A DNA stretch of 64,000 nt from Calditrichales bacterium (lineage in GTDB: Bacteria; Calditrichota; Calditrichia; Calditrichales; J004). The position numbers were made by a program, and so were the translations under genes. The notes beneath the pieces are model-generated. The model made no database searches and had not been told where the DNA came from. It saw only the letters and a list, made by a program, of their open reading frames with translations. The stretch lies in contig OZ254086.1 in the NCBI GenBank assembly GCA_965267575.1, positions 3,904,001 through 3,968,000 of the forward strand. Direction: 5' to 3'. Of this stretch, positions 59,482 to 64,000 are shown one piece after another. The first letter of the stretch is position 1, and each line of letters opens with the position of its first letter.

Positions 59482-59568
59482 TTTTCCAGTAGATTATGAC
59501 AATAAATGAACATAAAGATTTTTCAATATCTATACAACAGAAACGATATCGTTTTAAAGCTTTTGCTT

Positions 59569-60549
59569 TCAGGCGGGCTGTAGTTCTTCTTCCAGAAGCT
59601 CAACATAAGCAGCAAACAATTCAGGGTCCCATTTCCCTTTCTCTGTCTCGTTACGCATAATCGTGATGGCTTCATCATGCGTCATGGCTTTTCGATATGA
59701 CCGTGAGGTGGTCAAAGCATCATAGCAATCGACAATACCCATAATACGCGCGTGCAAAGGGATGTCTCTGCCCTTGAGACCGGTAGGATAGCCGCTGCCG
59801 TCCCACTTTTCATGGTGATGTTTTATGGTTGGCAAAATGGGTTTAAGACTTTTAAGAGGCGCGCAGATGCGTTCGCCTATTTCGGGGTGTTTCTTGATAG
59901 TTTCAAATTCTTCGTCATCCAACGGGCCGTTTTTAAGCAAAATGGAATCCTGGATGGCGATCTTTCCAATATCATGCAACAGGCCGGCACGACGCAAAAT
60001 CACCAGGTCTTCTTTACCCAGCCCTATTCTGCGGCCAAGCCTTTCCGCCATTTTTGACAAACGCTCGCAATGGCCTTCTGTGTATTTGTCTTTGGCCTCA
60101 ACTGTCCTTGCCAGGCTGAAAATCACCTGCTCGGCATGCTCCAGTTCGTTTATGGAAGAACGCAACTTAAGCAGATTGCGTACACGCGCTCGCAACTCAA
60201 AAATGTTGAACGGCTTGGAGATAAAATCATCGACGCCCGCACCATAGCCCTTTAAACGCTCTTCTTTGCCATCCAGGGCGGTGATCATGATGATCGGTAT
60301 AAAGCGTGTCTTGTCGTCTTCCTTTATAATGCGCGCAACCTGGTAACCGTTTTTGCCGGGCATCATTACATCAAGCAGGATAAGATCGGGTTCATCCTGC
60401 TTAACCAGCTTAAGTGCCGTATCACCGTCCAGCGCCGTAGATATGCTGTATTCCAGATCTTCCAGAATCTGCTCAAGGGTATAAATATTGTCAGGCGAGT
60501 CATCGACTATCAGGATTTTTTGAGGGCTCGTGCCGTTAGTTTCGCTCAT
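59569..60549 (-). CDS. Response regulator with HD-GYP phosphodiesterase domain (RpfG-like)
   Basis: REC (DD, LDVMMP, KPF); YTEGHC, HDIGK, HHEKWDGSGYP, D.YDALT. Confidence 0.95.
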   Translation of the reverse strand: MSETNGTSPQKILIVDDSPDNIYTLEQILEDLEYSISTALDGDTALKLVKQDEPDLILLDVMMPGKNGYQVARIIKEDDKTRFIPIIMITALDGKEERLKGYGAGVDDFISKPFNIFELRARVRNLLKLRSSINELEHAEQVIFSLARTVEAKDKYTEGHCERLSKMAERLGRRIGLGKEDLVILRRAGLLHDIGKIAIQDSILLKNGPLDDEEFETIKKHPEIGERICAPLKSLKPILPTIKHHHEKWDGSGYPTGLKGRDIPLHARIMGIVDCYDALTTSRSYRKAMTHDEAITIMRNETEKGKWDPELFAAYVELLEEELQPA

Positions 60550-60552
60550 ATT

Positions 60553-61569
60553 TTATTTTACTTCCCAGGTGTTTCCCGCATATAACAGTTTATTTAGATC
60601 GCCCTCTCCGCGCATTTCTTTCACCTGCTCTATCTGTTTGGTCAATAACATGTCATAAGTATTTTGTTCACGCCGAACGAATACACCCATGGGCACAGGC
60701 ATATCCTGTCTGGAATTCAGTTCTGCCAGTGCAAATGCCATTCCGGAAGGCGTTTCCGCGGCATTATGCCGGTAAACATCGCCGTCAGCCGCGTCAACTG
60801 TCTCAAACTCCAGTCCATTCCAGCGCAATCCTTTCTCATCGTTCTGTCCATAGATCAAAGCCTGGCCATCCTGCATATAAACGACCGACTCCTTTTTGCT
60901 CTTGTTGTCGGTCAGCTCAAAAAAAGCGCCATCATTAAAAATATTGCAGTTCTGGTATATCTCCACAAAGGCAGTGCCCTTATGTTCCGCCGCCTCGCGC
61001 ATCGTTTGCGCCAGGTGTTTAGGATCACGATCGATGCTGCGGGCTACAAAGCTTGCCCCGGCCGCCAGTGCCAGCTTTACAGGATCAAAGGGATTATCTA
61101 TCGCGCCAAACGGCGAGGACTTGGTGATCTTGCCCTTTTCAGACGTGGGAGAATACTGCCCTTTTGTCAATCCGTAAATGCGGTTATTAAACAGCAATAC
61201 CGTAACATCCAGGTTGCGGCGGCATAAATGCATCAGGTGATTTCCGCCAATACTAAGACCGTCGCCATCGCCGGTAACGATAAAGACTTTAAGCTCCGGG
61301 TTAGTCAGCTTTACACCGGCGGCGATGGCCGGAGCCCGGCCATGAATACCGTGAATACCATACGTATCCACATAATAGGGAAAACGGCTGGAGCAGCCGA
61401 TTCCCGAGACAAAGACGATTTTCTCTTTTGGAATTCCCAGCTCAGGCAGCACTTTTTTCATCTGCGCCAGGATGGAGTAATCACCGCAACCGGGACACCA
61501 TCGTACTTCCTGGTCACTGCTGAAATCGTCTTTGCTGAGTATTGCTTTTTCCTTTAAATGTTCAGACAT
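60553..61569 (-). CDS. korB: 2-oxoacid:ferredoxin oxidoreductase subunit beta
   Basis: WCPGCGD, SGIGCSS, GDGDG..IGGNH, NN.IYGLTKGQ. Confidence 0.93.
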   Translation of the reverse strand: MSEHLKEKAILSKDDFSSDQEVRWCPGCGDYSILAQMKKVLPELGIPKEKIVFVSGIGCSSRFPYYVDTYGIHGIHGRAPAIAAGVKLTNPELKVFIVTGDGDGLSIGGNHLMHLCRRNLDVTVLLFNNRIYGLTKGQYSPTSEKGKITKSSPFGAIDNPFDPVKLALAAGASFVARSIDRDPKHLAQTMREAAEHKGTAFVEIYQNCNIFNDGAFFELTDNKSKKESVVYMQDGQALIYGQNDEKGLRWNGLEFETVDAADGDVYRHNAAETPSGMAFALAELNSRQDMPVPMGVFVRREQNTYDMLLTKQIEQVKEMRGEGDLNKLLYAGNTWEVK

Positions 61570-61583
61570 ATACTTTTTCCTGT

Positions 61584-63419
61584 TTAAAGAAGCGCGGTCA
61601 TTGCTTCGGTCAATTCACTGTTTTTAAAAGGCAGGCCGCGTACTTTGTTAAAGCCTTTGGCATCCACCAGAAAACGGTCTCGGATGATGCTGCACAGCTG
61701 GCCCAGGTTTATTTCCGGGACAAGCACATTTTTGAAATTATGAATAACCCTGCCCAGCGTTGGACTTAACGGGTTTAGCCAGCGCAGGTGTATCCAGGAA
61801 ATTTTTGAAGACGGGTGCGTGCGTCGAGTTTCGTGTATCGCGTTGTACACAGAACCGTAGGTGCTGCCCCAGCTTATCACAAGCAGGTCGCCCTGTTCCG
61901 GCCCGTCCACTTCTTCGGCACCTACAAAACCGGCAACACGCTCCACTTTTTCTGAACGCAGACGCACCATCCTGTCGTGATTCTCCGGTTCATAAGAGAC
62001 GTGCCCGCTTATATCTTCCTTTTCCAGGCCACCGATGCGGTGTTCCAGGCCCGGTGTGCCCGGCAAGGCTATCAGCCGCGCCAGGGTTTGCGGGTCGCGT
62101 TTGTAGGGGTGGTAGGTATCGGGGTCGCTGCCGTATTTAACTTCTATTTTAGGGATGGCCGAGGGATCCGGGATACGCCAGGGTTCCGCGCCGTTGGCCA
62201 GGTAGCCGTCGGAAAGGACCATCACCGGCGTATTGAACTGCAGGGCAATCCGTGCCGCTTCCAGCGCCGTGTCAAAACAATCGGCCGGACTTTTTGCGGC
62301 AACCACGGGAATAGGCGCTTCACCGTTGCGGCCGTACATGGCCTGCAGCAGATCGGCCTGCTCGGTCTTGGTGGGTAAGCCCGTGCTGGGGCCGCCACGC
62401 TGAATGTTCAGCACAACCAGAGGCAGCTCCAGCATGGTGGCATAACCGAGAAATTCTCCCTTAAGCGCGATTCCCGGACCGCTGGACGCCGTTACGCCCA
62501 GCGCGCCGGCATAAGAGGCCCCGAGCGCTGCACCGATACCGGCAATCTCATCCTCTGCCTGGAAGGTCTTAACGTTGTAGTTGCGGTATTGCGCCATAAA
62601 GTGCAGAATATCGCTGGCCGGCGTAATCGGGTAGCCGCCCAGGAAAAGCTCCTTGTCCGCCTTCCTGCCCGCCGTGATCAGTCCAAGAACCAGGGCTTCG
62701 TTGCCGGTAATATTGCGGTAAACGCCTTTAGCTTTTTTGGCCACCTGCACGGTGTAGGATGTAACAAATATTTCTGTCGACAAGGCGTAATTATAACCGG
62801 CATTCAGAGCAGCCACATTGGCATCTACCAGCTCGGGACGCTTCTGGAATTTTTTTTGGATCCACGCAATGGTGTTGTCCAGGGGACGCGTAAACATCCA
62901 GTAGGCAATGCCCAGGGCGAAAAAGTTTTTACAGCGCTCTTTTTCCTTGGGTGTAAGAGCGGAATCTACAAGCGCCTCTTTGGTGAGCCTGCTGATTTCC
63001 ACGTCAAAAAGCTGAAAACCATCCAATGAACGGTCTTCCAGCGGGTTGCCTTCGTAGCCTGCAAGTTTAAGGTTGCGCGGCGTAAATGCATCTTTATTTA
63101 CGATTATTATACCGTCCTGGCGCAGGTTGTCCAGGTTTACCTTTAGCGCCGCCGGGTTCATCGCGATCAGCACATCGCACACATCGCCCGGTGTACGCAC
63201 ATCGCTGCTGCTGAATTGTATCTGAAAACCGGAAACGCCAAAAAGCGTACCGGCAGGCGCACGTATTTCTGCAGGAAAATCGGGCAGCGTGGAAAGATCA
63301 TTTCCAAACAGCGCGGTGGTATTGGTGAACTGTCCACCCGTAAGCTGCATGCCGTCGCCGGAATCCCCGGCAAAACGGATGGTTACGCTGTCCAGTTGTT
63401 GTGCTGGTTTTTCAGCCAT
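61584..63419 (-). CDS. korA: 2-oxoacid:acceptor oxidoreductase subunit alpha
   Basis: FAGDSGDG, PAEIR, YPITPAS, QAEDEIA, SSGPG, QRGGPSTG. Confidence 0.93.
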   Translation of the reverse strand: MAEKPAQQLDSVTIRFAGDSGDGMQLTGGQFTNTTALFGNDLSTLPDFPAEIRAPAGTLFGVSGFQIQFSSSDVRTPGDVCDVLIAMNPAALKVNLDNLRQDGIIIVNKDAFTPRNLKLAGYEGNPLEDRSLDGFQLFDVEISRLTKEALVDSALTPKEKERCKNFFALGIAYWMFTRPLDNTIAWIQKKFQKRPELVDANVAALNAGYNYALSTEIFVTSYTVQVAKKAKGVYRNITGNEALVLGLITAGRKADKELFLGGYPITPASDILHFMAQYRNYNVKTFQAEDEIAGIGAALGASYAGALGVTASSGPGIALKGEFLGYATMLELPLVVLNIQRGGPSTGLPTKTEQADLLQAMYGRNGEAPIPVVAAKSPADCFDTALEAARIALQFNTPVMVLSDGYLANGAEPWRIPDPSAIPKIEVKYGSDPDTYHPYKRDPQTLARLIALPGTPGLEHRIGGLEKEDISGHVSYEPENHDRMVRLRSEKVERVAGFVGAEEVDGPEQGDLLVISWGSTYGSVYNAIHETRRTHPSSKISWIHLRWLNPLSPTLGRVIHNFKNVLVPEINLGQLCSIIRDRFLVDAKGFNKVRGLPFKNSELTEAMTALL

Positions 63420-63476
63420 TCATATAACCTTTCTCAAAATATAAAAACGGCGCAGCGTGTCGCGCCGCGCACGGAA

Positions 63477-64000
63477 CTATTTAAACATGGAAACACGGGA
63501 CTCGAAGTCAAAATATCGTTCAACCTGTTCGTTGCTGACATTAAAAAGCCGACGTGTCATATTTAGAACGTCGGGATCGGTGCGATTTAATTCCAGCATG
63601 AGATTTATTGCTTCTTCTTCAAAATTATCACAGCTCAGGATATTGTTGAGCATGCCCCATTTTTTAGCCTTTTTAGCTTTTATTTTGCCGCCGCGCAGAA
63701 GCAGATCGCGTGCTTTGCCAATACCCACATATTGTGGTAGAAGCAACGGCAAAGCCCCTGTCGGGTGCACGTTGTGCTGCAGATGAGCAAACGACAGGAC
63801 AGTCTTCTCGCAGCCAAAACGCAGGTCCACGGCCAGCGCCGCGCCAAAAAACGGTGTAACAATCGTGCCCTGCAGCCCCATTGCCACCGGCTTTTGGAAA
63901 TCGATCGCGCGGCTGATGAAGTGATTCAGGATATTGATTTGCCGGACACGACGGGCATGCATGCGGTATAGGTCTTCCTGGTTGCCGGAACCGGTGATCT
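63477..64000 (-). CDS. Enoyl-CoA hydratase/isomerase (crotonase)-fold protein, N-terminus beyond the window
   Basis: KPV...G......A.A.DLR...LPQYVG.GKA..LLL.G..I.A..A..WG; frame open to the window end. Confidence 0.75.
   Translation of the reverse strand, partial: ITGSGNQEDLYRMHARRVRQINILNHFISRAIDFQKPVAMGLQGTIVTPFFGAALAVDLRFGCEKTVLSFAHLQHNVHPTGALPLLLPQYVGIGKARDLLLRGGKIKAKKAKKWGMLNNILSCDNFEEEAINLMLELNRTDPDVLNMTRRLFNVSNEQVERYFDFESRVSMFK

Overview
A 64-kb stretch of a diderm (LPS-making) bacterial chromosome, mostly core genes. Gene content (fused lpxC-fabZ, tamB next to bamA, GWxTD protein, DUF4954, Bacteroidota-type bS22, rny) suggests an FCB-related lineage such as Calditrichota; this is inference. 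Core genes: smc, nadK, xseAB, an mltD-like gene, rfaE1/E2, ggt, rodZ, recJ, rnpB, tRNA-Ile2(CAT), rseP, tamB-bamA-skp-lpxD-lpxC/fabZ-lpxA, pepA, def, iscA, rny, fmt, yajC, tgt and korAB. The only mobile element is an IS110-family bridge-recombinase element between tgt and yajC. Its ends can be reconstructed around a CAT core, and its ~225-bp non-coding left end has bridge-RNA-like stem/loop modules with segments matching its own target and donor junctions. Other notable items: apparently catalytically dead PdxJ-like and GH2-like proteins in an operon with smc and a GWxTD protein; a cyclic-nucleotide signalling cluster (Crp, two cNMP-DUF4388 proteins, GAF/PAS kinase, HD-GYP); an RNase P RNA with an expanded P14 region; and a 31-aa bS22 gene missed by the ORF track. 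All calls come from motif recognition by eye; no searches were run.
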